Source: Spirochaetota bacterium
GTDB taxonomy: Bacteria; Spirochaetota; UBA4802; JAFGDQ01
Assembly: GCA_043803405.1 (NCBI GenBank)
Contig: JAZDKB010000018.1
Coordinates: forward strand, 160,001-224,000
DNA length: 64,000 bases
Reading direction: 5' to 3'
A program made the position numbers and the translations under genes. Under the pieces are notes generated by a model. It saw nothing but the letters and a program-made list of their open reading frames with translations. It made no database searches and was not told where the DNA came from. Shown here piece after piece: positions 20,305 through 29,670 of this stretch (position 1 is the first letter of the stretch; each line of letters opens with the position of its first letter).

Positions 20305-20706
20305 ATGTCAATATTTTCAAATTCGGAAAGCGACGAGATAGGGTACATCAACATTACTCCAATGGTAGATGTTCTGCTTGTGCTCCTTGTCATATTCATG
20401 GTAACAGCGAATTTTTTAAAGATGGAATCCGTAAACATAAACCTGCCAAAGGTTAACTCGGCTGATCCCAATATCGCGAAATCAGTTCAGATTGCGCTTA
20501 CGAACAACGGCAGGCTTTTAATGGAGGACAGCGAAATCACTGAAGAAAGAATGCTAGCAAGGCTTTCGCAGGAAGCCAGGTACAGGCCGAATGTGAGGGT
20601 AACGCTTTCCGCTGATGAGCGCCTTGCATACGGGAAAATAGCGCACGCGATGGGCATTATCCGCCAGTCGGGCGTTACGCGAATTGCTTTGTCCGTAAAG
20701 CGCTGA
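20305..20706 (+). CDS. exbD: ExbD/TolR
   Basis: INITPMVDVLLVLLVIFMVTA; LSADERLAYG. Confidence 0.9.
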   Translation: MSIFSNSESDEIGYINITPMVDVLLVLLVIFMVTANFLKMESVNINLPKVNSADPNIAKSVQIALTNNGRLLMEDSEITEERMLARLSQEARYRPNVRVTLSADERLAYGKIAHAMGIIRQSGVTRIALSVKR

Positions 20707-20719
20707 TGCATATAAAATT

Positions 20720-21379
20720 ATGATAAAAATATATCATCAAATAATTCAAAAGTTCAGAATGATGGATCTTTTCAGGCGATGCGTCAGCATTTCATTCAGC
20801 CTTCATCTGTTATTTATCGGTACATATTATCTTTCCAGTATGCCTGCTTTCAGCTCGGATGCCGGTGAAGTCTTTGACAGCCGGAACATAAGCTTTAAGA
20901 ATACGGAAGTTGATTTTGTCGATCTTCCGCCTTCCGTTATTTTGGGCGGTGACACAAACCCGGCTCCGGTACAGAAGGAAGAATGGGTGGAGGGCACAGG
21001 CAGGGGCAGGCCCGATGCGGGCAATACAGACGTAAATATAAACAAGCTCTCAGGCACAGGCACTGACCCGGACGGGTACATGTTCGCGGATCTCGCGGAC
21101 CATCCTCCAGTGCCGATAATCGATTTTAATCCGGACGATTTTTTTCCGCAGGCAGCAAGATCTGCGAACATTCACAGGAGCACAGTGCTTGTTGAAGTCC
21201 AGGTAAACGAGAACGGCTCTGTTAAAAATTTCAGGCTATTGTCCGCAGCTTCAGTATACGGTTTTGACGAGGCAGCAGTCAAAGTGCTTTCAAGGATGCG
21301 CTTTCGGCCCGGAAAGGTAAACGGCAGGCCTGTAAAAATGCTTGCGCGCATGCCCCTGGTATTTGCCCTGGAAGACTGA
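20720..21379 (+). CDS. tonB: TonB energy transducer
   Basis: N-terminal SFSLH anchor; C-terminal FPQAAR..GFDEAAV..FRPGKVNGRPV. Confidence 0.85.
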   Translation: MIKIYHQIIQKFRMMDLFRRCVSISFSLHLLFIGTYYLSSMPAFSSDAGEVFDSRNISFKNTEVDFVDLPPSVILGGDTNPAPVQKEEWVEGTGRGRPDAGNTDVNINKLSGTGTDPDGYMFADLADHPPVPIIDFNPDDFFPQAARSANIHRSTVLVEVQVNENGSVKNFRLLSAASVYGFDEAAVKVLSRMRFRPGKVNGRPVKMLARMPLVFALED

Positions 21380-21385
21380 TGCATA

Positions 21386-21473
21386 CTAGAACTCATCTCA
21401 AAATTAGATTTTATTGTGTTTTAATCAATCCTGAATAGTTCCTATAAATTAATAATCTTGAGATAAGTTGTAG
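21386..21473. mobile_element. 88-bp MITE-like element
   Basis: CTAGAACTCATCTCAAAATTA ... TAATCTTGAGATAAGTTGTAG: 21-bp inverted termini with 3 mismatches; no ORF inside. Confidence 0.5.
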
Positions 21474-21502
21474 AAATCTCATTAAGAGTCCATCCCGGAA
21501 TA

Positions 21503-21533
21503 GTAACACTTTCGCTGCCCTCCCGTGTTGAAT
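21503..21533 (+). promoter_or_regulatory. Candidate ECF promoter, copy 2
   Basis: GTAACA-N17-TGTTGAAT, 50 bp upstream of the TonB-dependent receptor. Confidence 0.65.
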
Positions 21534-21583
21534 AATAAAAAGATAAATTTAATATTTTATTCATTCAATAAAGGGCCAGCGAT

Positions 21584-23983
21584 ATGTCATTATATCAAAA
21601 CAAATCTTTTTATTTATTTGTCATAATTATTTTTTTTATTATGAAAGTCTCTGTCATTCATGCGCAGGCAGCAAAAGATGAATCTCCTGCTGCGGCAGAA
21701 CAGCCCGTGAAAGAAGCAGGCATTGCTGAAAACAGTGAAGCGCAAAAGCCGGGCGACCCCTCCTCACAGAACGCGGCTGAAAATGAAAAGGCAAAAACAG
21801 ACAGCAAAGAGACTGTGCTAAAGCCGCTCGTGATTCGCGGTTCAAAGGCGCGCGACAAGAAGAAGCCGGACATACAGAGCATCTCGCGCCAGACAATGAC
21901 TACCGAGGACATGAAAGAGGTTCCTGCTTCATTCGGGGATTCGGTTAGCGCTCTAACTTCGCTTCCGGGAATAACGCGCGAGGGAGGGAGCATATTCGGC
22001 GACCTTGTGATCAGGGGCGCCGATCCCATGGGCAACAAATATTTTGTCGATGATATTCCGCTCTATGATCCTCTGCATTTCGGAGGGATTCATTCTGTAA
22101 TCAATACGAACTTAATAAAGGATATAGACGTATACTCGTCCGCGTTCCCGGCTGAATTCGGATCAGCTACATCTGCCGTTATCAATATTTCCACTATAGA
22201 CAGGGTAAATGATTATGGAGGATATTTCGACGTAAGCCTTCTTTCCGTTAACACGCTTTTAAAAGCTCCCATACTGAAGGACAATAGCAATAACCTTGTT
22301 TTTAACAGGCCTTTAACCGGAGCGGATAATGATATACAGAATGCAGGATTTGTAATTGCGTCCGGAAGGTACGGCTATCTTGGCCTCGCCATAAAAGCCT
22401 CGGATATGATGACAGGCAATGACACACCTGTATCCCCCGAATACTGGGATTACCAGTTTAAGATGAAATATAATTTCAACACTGTACATTCGGCTACAAT
22501 TTTTCTTTTCGGGTTCAAGGATTTTATACGCATACTGATGAACGATGATCTCATGGAATCAGGGGATGATCCGTATATGATGAATGCGAAAATGAGATAC
22601 GAGAGGATATCGCATAATCAGGGACTGTATTTTGATTCGAAATTCAGCAATGACTTAAGCAACAGGATCCTTTTATACAGCTCTTTTACTGATATTAATG
22701 AATACTATGATTTTCCTGCAACAGGCGCTGCCTCATGGGCAAAGGATCTGGGACTGCATACAAAGCCCTGGATATTCGGACTAAAGGATAAGTATAAAGC
22801 AAAATGGCTGGACAGACATGCGGAACTTAGCGGAAGCGCCGAATACACGTTTTATCATTTTACTGCAAAAGGCAATTCCATTATTAACAAAGGAATGTCT
22901 CCTGTACTTGATTTCGGCGATGAAGACGCATTTCAAAGATACAACCTTGATGAAAAAATCATCAACCATGTTTACGGCGGTTACATTGAGAATAAATTTA
23001 TTTTTTCCGGCCTTACTGTCACTCCGGGCATACGGTCAGATCATCTTGTAAGAACAGGCGAGACAACATTTGACCCGAGACTTATGGCGAGCTGCAAATT
23101 TCCAACCAATACAACTATTGGTGCAGCAGGCGGGCATTACAGTTATTTCCCGCAGGTAAACCCGTACATCTTTGGTGAAAACACGGATGTCGCAGGCATG
23201 GGTAAAAAATTAAAATCCGAAAAAGCGTGGCATTCAAGTGTCAGCATTGAACAGGAAATCGGGCTTTTTTCATTTAAAGTTGAAGGATTCAGGAATTATT
23301 ATTATGATGAGCCAATGGCGTATCCTCATTATGAAGCAGACGGCACATATTTCCAGGGATTATGCTCAGGTAAAGAAAAAACCCGCGGATTTGAACTAAT
23401 GCTTCGCAAGGACTCTGAAGAGAGCAATAACGGGCTGTTCGGATGGATGAGCTATACATATACTCGCGCAAAATTTAAAAGCGGCCTGCCTACTACTGCT
23501 AATTTTCACGGAGTCGATCAGGGCTATATTGGAGACGAATACGGCGACAAATGGATCACATCGGAGTACGAGCAGGAGCATAATTTCAAGCTTGTCGCAG
23601 GTTACAGGCTTAACCGGCATATTTTAAGCGGACGTTTTCAGTACTGTTCGGGATATCCGTATACGCCTATTACAGGGCATGACTATGATGAAGATTATAA
23701 TACTGCTACTGGGAAAGACCGGTATATACCTGTATCCGGCGACAGGAATGCAAAAAATTTTCCATCTTATTATTCGCTTGATCTCAGATACACGCATAAG
23801 ACAAATTATTCATGGGGCAATGTAAGCTGGTACGTAGAAGTGATCAATTGTTTAATGAAAAAGCAGGTAAACACACAAAAGTGGTACTGGGACAGACCGT
23901 ATAGTGAAGGCAACAATCCGAAAAACAAATCGGAAGATACTCTTAATTTTATGCCGAATTTAGGAGTTGAAATTAAATTTTAA
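21584..23983 (+). CDS. TonB-dependent receptor
   Basis: Signal peptide; plug region (LTSLPGI, LVIRGAD, IDVYSSAFPAEFG); C-terminal SLDLRY..PNLGVEIKF. Confidence 0.9.
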   Translation: MSLYQNKSFYLFVIIIFFIMKVSVIHAQAAKDESPAAAEQPVKEAGIAENSEAQKPGDPSSQNAAENEKAKTDSKETVLKPLVIRGSKARDKKKPDIQSISRQTMTTEDMKEVPASFGDSVSALTSLPGITREGGSIFGDLVIRGADPMGNKYFVDDIPLYDPLHFGGIHSVINTNLIKDIDVYSSAFPAEFGSATSAVINISTIDRVNDYGGYFDVSLLSVNTLLKAPILKDNSNNLVFNRPLTGADNDIQNAGFVIASGRYGYLGLAIKASDMMTGNDTPVSPEYWDYQFKMKYNFNTVHSATIFLFGFKDFIRILMNDDLMESGDDPYMMNAKMRYERISHNQGLYFDSKFSNDLSNRILLYSSFTDINEYYDFPATGAASWAKDLGLHTKPWIFGLKDKYKAKWLDRHAELSGSAEYTFYHFTAKGNSIINKGMSPVLDFGDEDAFQRYNLDEKIINHVYGGYIENKFIFSGLTVTPGIRSDHLVRTGETTFDPRLMASCKFPTNTTIGAAGGHYSYFPQVNPYIFGENTDVAGMGKKLKSEKAWHSSVSIEQEIGLFSFKVEGFRNYYYDEPMAYPHYEADGTYFQGLCSGKEKTRGFELMLRKDSEESNNGLFGWMSYTYTRAKFKSGLPTTANFHGVDQGYIGDEYGDKWITSEYEQEHNFKLVAGYRLNRHILSGRFQYCSGYPYTPITGHDYDEDYNTATGKDRYIPVSGDRNAKNFPSYYSLDLRYTHKTNYSWGNVSWYVEVINCLMKKQVNTQKWYWDRPYSEGNNPKNKSEDTLNFMPNLGVEIKF

Positions 23984-24074
23984 TAGTGAATGATTCAAAT
24001 CCATTAGATAATTCCAGAATGAGCTAAAATCTGATTTATTGTTTAATTTTAAATTTAGCAGTACTCCGTATAGA

Positions 24075-24200
24075 GAATTGAAATACATAACAAAATTTTC
24101 TGCGGAATCGCACCCTTTTTTTCTGCTTTTCAGTTAATTAAAGGCTTTTAGTTCAGGGTGCGAAAAGCGTCCTCAAAAATTTTGTTATGTATTTCAATTC
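24075..24200. mobile_element. 126-bp MITE-like element with perfect 25-bp terminal inverted repeats
   Basis: GAATTGAAATACATAACAAAATTTT (24075-24099) and its exact reverse complement (24176-24200); inner TCGCACCCT/AGGGTGCGA pair. Confidence 0.65.
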
Positions 24201-24262
24201 CTGGCATTTATGACGGCGTATAGGAGTATCTAAGTTTATAAGCGGAATTATTTTTTAGCAGG

Positions 24263-24293
24263 GTAACAAATAATACGGTTTCAGATGTTTAAT
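24263..24293 (+). promoter_or_regulatory. Candidate ECF promoter, copy 3 (autoregulatory position)
   Basis: GTAACA-N17-TGTTTAAT, 26 bp upstream of the ECF sigma ATG. Confidence 0.7.
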
Positions 24294-24319
24294 TAACAGA
24301 GATTAAAAAGGAATTCAGG

Positions 24320-24808
24320 ATGCAGATCGATGTTGCTGAATATTACAGGAAATACGGGCCAATGGTGCTCAGAAGGTGCAGATTGCTTCTTAAGGATGAA
24401 GACAGGGCAATGGACGCCGTGCAGGATGTATTTGTGAAGCTTCTGCAGAACCAGGACAGGCTGAGCGGCACATATCCTTCGAGCCTGCTTTTCAGAATGG
24501 CAACCAACGTGTGTCTGAATATTATACGTTACGATAAAAGCAGGCCGCAGGCAGACTGCGGCGACATTCTGGCTTACATTGCTGCCAATGATGACATGGA
24601 GAGCAGGATCGCGGTAAGGGATTATATCGAAAGAATATTCGCAAAAGAAAAAGCAACCACAGGCGAACTTGCTGTAATGCACTATGTGGATAAAATGACG
24701 CTTAATGAAGTAGCAGAAATTTCCGGGATGTCTGTTTCCGGGGTCAGGAAGCGTCTGAGAAAATTAACTGAAACAGCGAAATCTCTGGATATGGAGGAAG
24801 AGATATGA
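24320..24808 (+). CDS. ECF sigma factor
   Basis: Region 2 (YGPMVLRRCRLLL..AMDAVQDVFVKL..LFRMATNVCLN) and region 4 HTH (MTLNEVAEISGMSVSGVRKRL); 162 aa. Confidence 0.9.
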   Translation: MQIDVAEYYRKYGPMVLRRCRLLLKDEDRAMDAVQDVFVKLLQNQDRLSGTYPSSLLFRMATNVCLNIIRYDKSRPQADCGDILAYIAANDDMESRIAVRDYIERIFAKEKATTGELAVMHYVDKMTLNEVAEISGMSVSGVRKRLRKLTETAKSLDMEEEI

Positions 24809-25614
24809 ACAATAACCGAATACCCGATATTATGCTTGAAAGATATGTTCTGAAAGAGCTTGACCCGAAAAAGACAAACGAGATCCGCGTGCTTAGTGAA
24901 ACTGATCCGGATATAGCCTCAAGGATAATGGAGATCAGGAAGTCAAACGAAGAAATACTGAGAACGTATCCTGATGACAAGATCACGGCAGAGATAACGC
25001 ATAAATATAATACACAGAATATATCCTGGAAAAAACAGCGCCGCATTCCGGTAAAATATCTGCGCATTATCCCGCCTGTTGCTGTCGCAGCTGCAGCTCT
25101 TGTTGTTTTTATACTGCTTCCGGCTGTTAAAAAAGATGTGGCAATTATAGATACGAATGACATTACAAGGATCAAGGGAAAGGAAACTGCGCTTTACTTG
25201 TACAAAAAAAACAGAAACGGCGAAATTGATCTTATGAAAAACAATTCGGGCGCAAAAACAGGCGATCTGATTCAAATAGGTTACTCAACAATGGAAAATT
25301 CTTATGGCGTGATTTTATCGATAGACGGCAGGGGGAAGGTGACCCTTCATTATCCTGCTAATGAGAAGCAATCATCAAAGCTGCCTGCAGGAAAAAAACA
25401 CTTGCTCGAAAATTCATACGAGCTCGACGACGCGCCGGATTTTGAACGTTTCTTTTTTATAACATCATCTAACGAGATAAATATAGCATCTGTTGTATTT
25501 TCCGCAGAGATGCTTGCAGTTGAAAGGAAAAAGGCAATGACTGAAAATTTAACCTTTCAGTCTCTCAAAAATGAATCGATTAACCAGGTCTCTGTACTTG
25601 TTAAAAAGGATTAG
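24805..25614 (+). CDS. Putative single-pass anti-sigma factor with DUF4384-like periplasmic domain
   Basis: ATGA overlap with the sigma gene; N-terminal IPDIMLERYVLKEL; TM helix (PVAVAAAALVVFILLP); TRIKG; GDLIQIGY..GVILSIDGRGKVTLHYP..SYELDDAPDFERFFFITS. Confidence 0.75.
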   Translation: MNNNRIPDIMLERYVLKELDPKKTNEIRVLSETDPDIASRIMEIRKSNEEILRTYPDDKITAEITHKYNTQNISWKKQRRIPVKYLRIIPPVAVAAAALVVFILLPAVKKDVAIIDTNDITRIKGKETALYLYKKNRNGEIDLMKNNSGAKTGDLIQIGYSTMENSYGVILSIDGRGKVTLHYPANEKQSSKLPAGKKHLLENSYELDDAPDFERFFFITSSNEINIASVVFSAEMLAVERKKAMTENLTFQSLKNESINQVSVLVKKD

Positions 25615-25619
25615 CTTAA

Positions 25620-27911
25620 ATGAAAAAAATATTTAATGTCATTTGTATAATATTTTTCTGTTTTTTTTATATTATAAATATTTCCGGCCTTGAAAAAAAT
25701 ACCATCCGCAGATTTGCTTTAATAGTGGGGGCAAATGACGGAGGCCCTGCCAGGCCAAAGCTTAAGTATTCGGTTTCGGACGCAAAATCAGTTCTGACAG
25801 TGCTTAACGAAATGGGCGGCATTACACGGAACGACAGCGTACTTCTGATTGAGCCTGACAGAAAAATTTTTTTTTCAGGAATGGATTCTGTTATAAAAAA
25901 AATAAAGCAATCAGGAAAAACATCGGATAAAAAAGAACTAATATTTTATTATTCAGGACACTCAGACGAAGAATCCATACTCCTCGGCAAAGAAAAAATA
26001 TCCTACAAGGAGATAAAGGATTTCATAAACAGCACACCTTCCGATGTGCGCATTGCAATACTCGACTCATGTTCATCTGGAGCTTTCACGAGGCTTAAGG
26101 GAGGTAAAATGCGCTCTCCGTTTCTCGTGGATTCCGCATTTAACATGAAGGGATACGCGTTTATGACTTCAAGCTCGCCCGACGAAGCATCGCAGGAATC
26201 TGAAAGAATAAAGGGCTCGTTCTTTACGCACTATCTAGTCGCGGGTTTAAGAGGCGCTGCGGACATGACCCAGGACGGCCGCATCACTCTTAACGAAGCA
26301 TACCAGTTTGCCTATAACGAGACCCTTGCGGGCACGGAGAAGACAATGAGCGGGCCACAGCACCCGAACTACAATATACAGATGTCGGGAACCGGCGATG
26401 TCGTAATGACGGATATACGTAAAAGCTCTTCTTTAATGATTATAAGCACGGAGATATCCGGCAAGCTGTTCATCAGGGACAGTGGGAACAGCCTTGTTTG
26501 CGAATTAAGAAAATCCGCAGGGCGCGCCATGCAGCTTGGGCTGGAGGGAGGAGCATACAGTATCACATACATAAAAGAAGGCAGCCTGTACGAAGCGGAT
26601 ATAACACTTAATACAGGCAAAGAAGTAGTTCTTTCGAATAATGACTTTAAAAAATCAGCTAAAGACAAAACAGTAGCCCGCGGAGATGCAGATAACAGCG
26701 AAAACAAATACGAAACAGTGGAATGGCAATTTTCTCTTTATCCGATGTTTCAGAGGAACAGAAACGTAATTAATAATTTTACGTTTAATCTTTTTGGAAG
26801 CTACAGCGCCCGGTTAAACGGACTCAGCTTTGGACTGGGTCCCGGCATTGTAAAGGAAGATGTAAAGGGGATTCAGCTGAACATTTTTGGAAATTACGCT
26901 GGTGAGAGAGTTGAAGGCGCACAGCTTTCCGTTATTGGCAATTATTCCGGGGGAAATATTACAGGTCTTCAATTATCACATCTTTTTAATATTGCCAGAG
27001 GCAATACAACCGGAGCGCAAGTATCACAAATTTTTAATATTTCAAGAGGCGACTTGACCGGGGCTCAGGTTTCCACAATATTCAACTATAACAGTAAAGA
27101 CGTAAAAGGAACACAGACTTCCTGCATCTTTAATCATGCGCAGCAAAATATTACAGGTCTGCAGCTTAGCGCTGTATATAATTATTCCGGCGAAAACGTT
27201 AAAGGCACGCAGATATCAGCAGTATATAACCACGCAGGAAAAAAAATGACAGGCCTGCAGCTTACCGGTGTCTGCAATTATTCCGGCGATGATGTAAATG
27301 GAACACAGATTGCCGGTGTTGCAAATATTTCGGGTAACGCAAACGGAGTGCAGATTGCTACATTCAATCTTGCAAAGGATTTCAGCGGTGTTCAGCTGGG
27401 CGTCATAAATATCGCGAAAACGCAGAACGGATTGCCTATTGGCCTCATTAATTTTTCCGAAAACGGCGCCATAGAAATCGCAGCATGGGGAAGCACGTTT
27501 ATGGCAGGCAACGCTGGTTTATTGTTCCGTTCGCATTATATTTATACTATATTTTCAGCAAGCTGGAATAATCTTGATGAAAAGATTGATACATCCTTTG
27601 CATATGGATTTCATCTTGGTGTCCATATACCGGTAAGCTCTTTTTACACGGACATTGACGCAGGTTTTATCCATATAGATAATGACAAGATCTTCTCGGT
27701 TAAAGAAAACACTGATCAGCAGGCATTGCAGGGAAGAATATCGATCGGGTATTATATTACAAAACGCATCTCGGTTTTTGCAGGCGCGGGTCTTAGTTAT
27801 ATATATGACAGCGAATTCAATAATGATGACGGAGATACGAGATTTAAGGAAGGAAAATATTCACCGTTGTTCTTTGCCGGAATAAAAGCTGCGTTGTTCG
27901 GCAATGGATAG
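25620..27911 (+). CDS. Exported caspase-like (peptidase C14) protein with beta-solenoid repeats and a C-terminal beta-barrel-like region
   Basis: Hydrophobic N-terminus; RFALIVGANDG, LKYSVSDA, YYSGH (catalytic His), ILDSCSSG (catalytic Cys), GSFFTHYL; 16-aa GxQ..N repeats; amphipathic C-terminal strands. Confidence 0.85.
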   Translation: MKKIFNVICIIFFCFFYIINISGLEKNTIRRFALIVGANDGGPARPKLKYSVSDAKSVLTVLNEMGGITRNDSVLLIEPDRKIFFSGMDSVIKKIKQSGKTSDKKELIFYYSGHSDEESILLGKEKISYKEIKDFINSTPSDVRIAILDSCSSGAFTRLKGGKMRSPFLVDSAFNMKGYAFMTSSSPDEASQESERIKGSFFTHYLVAGLRGAADMTQDGRITLNEAYQFAYNETLAGTEKTMSGPQHPNYNIQMSGTGDVVMTDIRKSSSLMIISTEISGKLFIRDSGNSLVCELRKSAGRAMQLGLEGGAYSITYIKEGSLYEADITLNTGKEVVLSNNDFKKSAKDKTVARGDADNSENKYETVEWQFSLYPMFQRNRNVINNFTFNLFGSYSARLNGLSFGLGPGIVKEDVKGIQLNIFGNYAGERVEGAQLSVIGNYSGGNITGLQLSHLFNIARGNTTGAQVSQIFNISRGDLTGAQVSTIFNYNSKDVKGTQTSCIFNHAQQNITGLQLSAVYNYSGENVKGTQISAVYNHAGKKMTGLQLTGVCNYSGDDVNGTQIAGVANISGNANGVQIATFNLAKDFSGVQLGVINIAKTQNGLPIGLINFSENGAIEIAAWGSTFMAGNAGLLFRSHYIYTIFSASWNNLDEKIDTSFAYGFHLGVHIPVSSFYTDIDAGFIHIDNDKIFSVKENTDQQALQGRISIGYYITKRISVFAGAGLSYIYDSEFNNDDGDTRFKEGKYSPLFFAGIKAALFGNG
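26868..27467 (+). repeat. Intragenic 16-aa (48-nt) GxQ-x5-N repeats
   Basis: GIQLNIFGNYAGERVE / GAQLSVIGNYSGGNIT / GLQLSHLFNIARGNTT ...: nine full units, then four shorter ones. Confidence 0.85.
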
Positions 27912-27977
27912 ATAATAGAACATTAAATATGAGAGGCACTCGCCAGGATGAGAAATCCCGATAAAAACAATTTTATG

Positions 27978-28050
27978 CAGGCCACGAGGGATTTGAACCC
28001 CCAGCCCTCGGTTTTGGAGACCGATGCTCTACCAGTTGAGCTAGTGGCCT
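27978..28050 (-). tRNA. tRNA-Trp (CCA)
   Basis: AGGCCAC/GTGGCCT acceptor stem, TAGCTCAACTGGTAGAGC D-arm, TCGGT-CTCCAAA-ACCGA anticodon arm, GGTTCAAATCC T-arm; 3' CCA not encoded. Confidence 0.95.
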
Positions 28051-28230
28051 GTATGGATATTTATACGTAATTACAGAAAAATAAAAAAATATATATCTGT
28101 CAAGTAAATAACCGGATAAATATTGCATCCCGAAAAAATCTCTTTTATTTCTTAAAAACCTTTATCACTGAATAATTCGTGAATAAGCCAAAAGAATCCT
28201 AAAATATATTTTATCTGTTCAAACAGGCTC

Positions 28231-29670
28231 TTAGTAATACTTCCCCATCAGGACATCTTCGAATAAATATTTCTGGTTGTCGGCTTTTTCTTCAAAATGG
28301 ATCGGATAATTTCCGTTAAAGCAGGCCATGCAGAACTGCATTTCAGGTTTATCAATAGCTTTCATCAGAGTTTCTGTGCTTAAATACTCTATCGAATCCA
28401 CCCTGAGATATTTTCTAATCTCCTCGATCGTATGAGTTGCTGCAATCAGTTCGCTGCGCGTCGGAATGTCGATCCCGTAAAAGCACGGAAATTTTGTAGG
28501 CGGAGCGGATATCCTTATGTGAATTTCTTTTGCGCCGGCGTTCCTGAACATCTTCATAATTTTACGCATTGTGGTGCCGCGCATTATGGAGTCATCCACG
28601 ACCACCACTCTTTTGCCTTTTATCGCGGATTTAATGACATTATACTTTATTTTTGCACCAAAGTCCCTTATCTTCTGGGACGGCTCAATAAAAGTCCTTC
28701 CTATGTAATGGCTCCGTATCATTCCGGTTTCATAAGGTATGCCGGATTCCTTGGCAAATCCAAGCGCTGCGACTATGGAAGAATCCGGGATGGGAACAAC
28801 GATGTCCGCTTCAATGGGCGACTGCCTGTAAAGCATTCTTCCCAGCGCTATTCTCATATCGTAGACCGAGTGATTAAAGATGATGCTGTCCGGTCTTGAA
28901 AAATAAATATATTCGAAAACACAAAGCGAGTGCTTTTCTTTTTTAAAAGGATAATACGATTTAACGCCGTTCTTCGATATCTCAATAAGCTCGCCCGGCT
29001 CTATTTCCCTTTCGTATTCGGCGTCAATAATGTCAAACGCACAGGTCTCGGATGCAACAACATGAGCGCTGCCAAGGCTTCCGAGCACCAGCGGTCTGAA
29101 GCCATTCGGATCCCTCACCGCGTAAATCGTATCCTTGTTCATTATTAGAAGCGAATAAGCTCCCTTTATCTGCTTAAGAGCGTGTATCAGGGCTGTCAGG
29201 AAATCCTTAAACCCGGACTTTGCCATCAGGTGAATAATGACTTCCGAATCAATAGAAGTCTGGAATAATGAGCCCTCGCTTTCAAGCCTGTTCCTTAATT
29301 CTGCCGTATTGACCAGGTTCCCGTTGTGTGATAATACCATGGGACCAAGTATGGAATCCGCTCTTAGAGGCTGCGCGTTCCGGAGAAAAGATGAACCTGT
29401 TGTGGAATACCTGTTGTGCCCAATGGCCATGTGGCCGCGCAGATTTGTGATATCTTCTTCTTTGCCAAAGACATCGGTTACTTTACCCATGCCTGCATAC
29501 CTGTATATGTGCAAGCCATCAGAGGATGCTATGCCCGCAGATTCCTGCCCCCTGTGCTGAAGAGTGTATAAACCAAGATAAGTCAGGTTTGAAGCATCTT
29601 CACGTCCGTATACCCCAAAAACGCCGCATTCTTCCCTGGGTTTATTTTCTCCTATATCATATACCGTCAT
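28231..29670 (-). CDS. purF: Amidophosphoribosyltransferase
   Basis: EECGVFG, LQHRGQESAG, GHNRYST, VVVDDSIMRGTT, PCFYGID. Confidence 0.97.
   Translation of the reverse strand: MTVYDIGENKPREECGVFGVYGREDASNLTYLGLYTLQHRGQESAGIASSDGLHIYRYAGMGKVTDVFGKEEDITNLRGHMAIGHNRYSTTGSSFLRNAQPLRADSILGPMVLSHNGNLVNTAELRNRLESEGSLFQTSIDSEVIIHLMAKSGFKDFLTALIHALKQIKGAYSLLIMNKDTIYAVRDPNGFRPLVLGSLGSAHVVASETCAFDIIDAEYEREIEPGELIEISKNGVKSYYPFKKEKHSLCVFEYIYFSRPDSIIFNHSVYDMRIALGRMLYRQSPIEADIVVPIPDSSIVAALGFAKESGIPYETGMIRSHYIGRTFIEPSQKIRDFGAKIKYNVIKSAIKGKRVVVVDDSIMRGTTMRKIMKMFRNAGAKEIHIRISAPPTKFPCFYGIDIPTRSELIAATHTIEEIRKYLRVDSIEYLSTETLMKAIDKPEMQFCMACFNGNYPIHFEEKADNQKYLFEDVLMGKYY

Noticed and set aside
26868..27467. 48-nt periodicity as a DNA repeat array
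   Set aside because: Conserved only at the protein level inside an open frame; it is a solenoid repeat.
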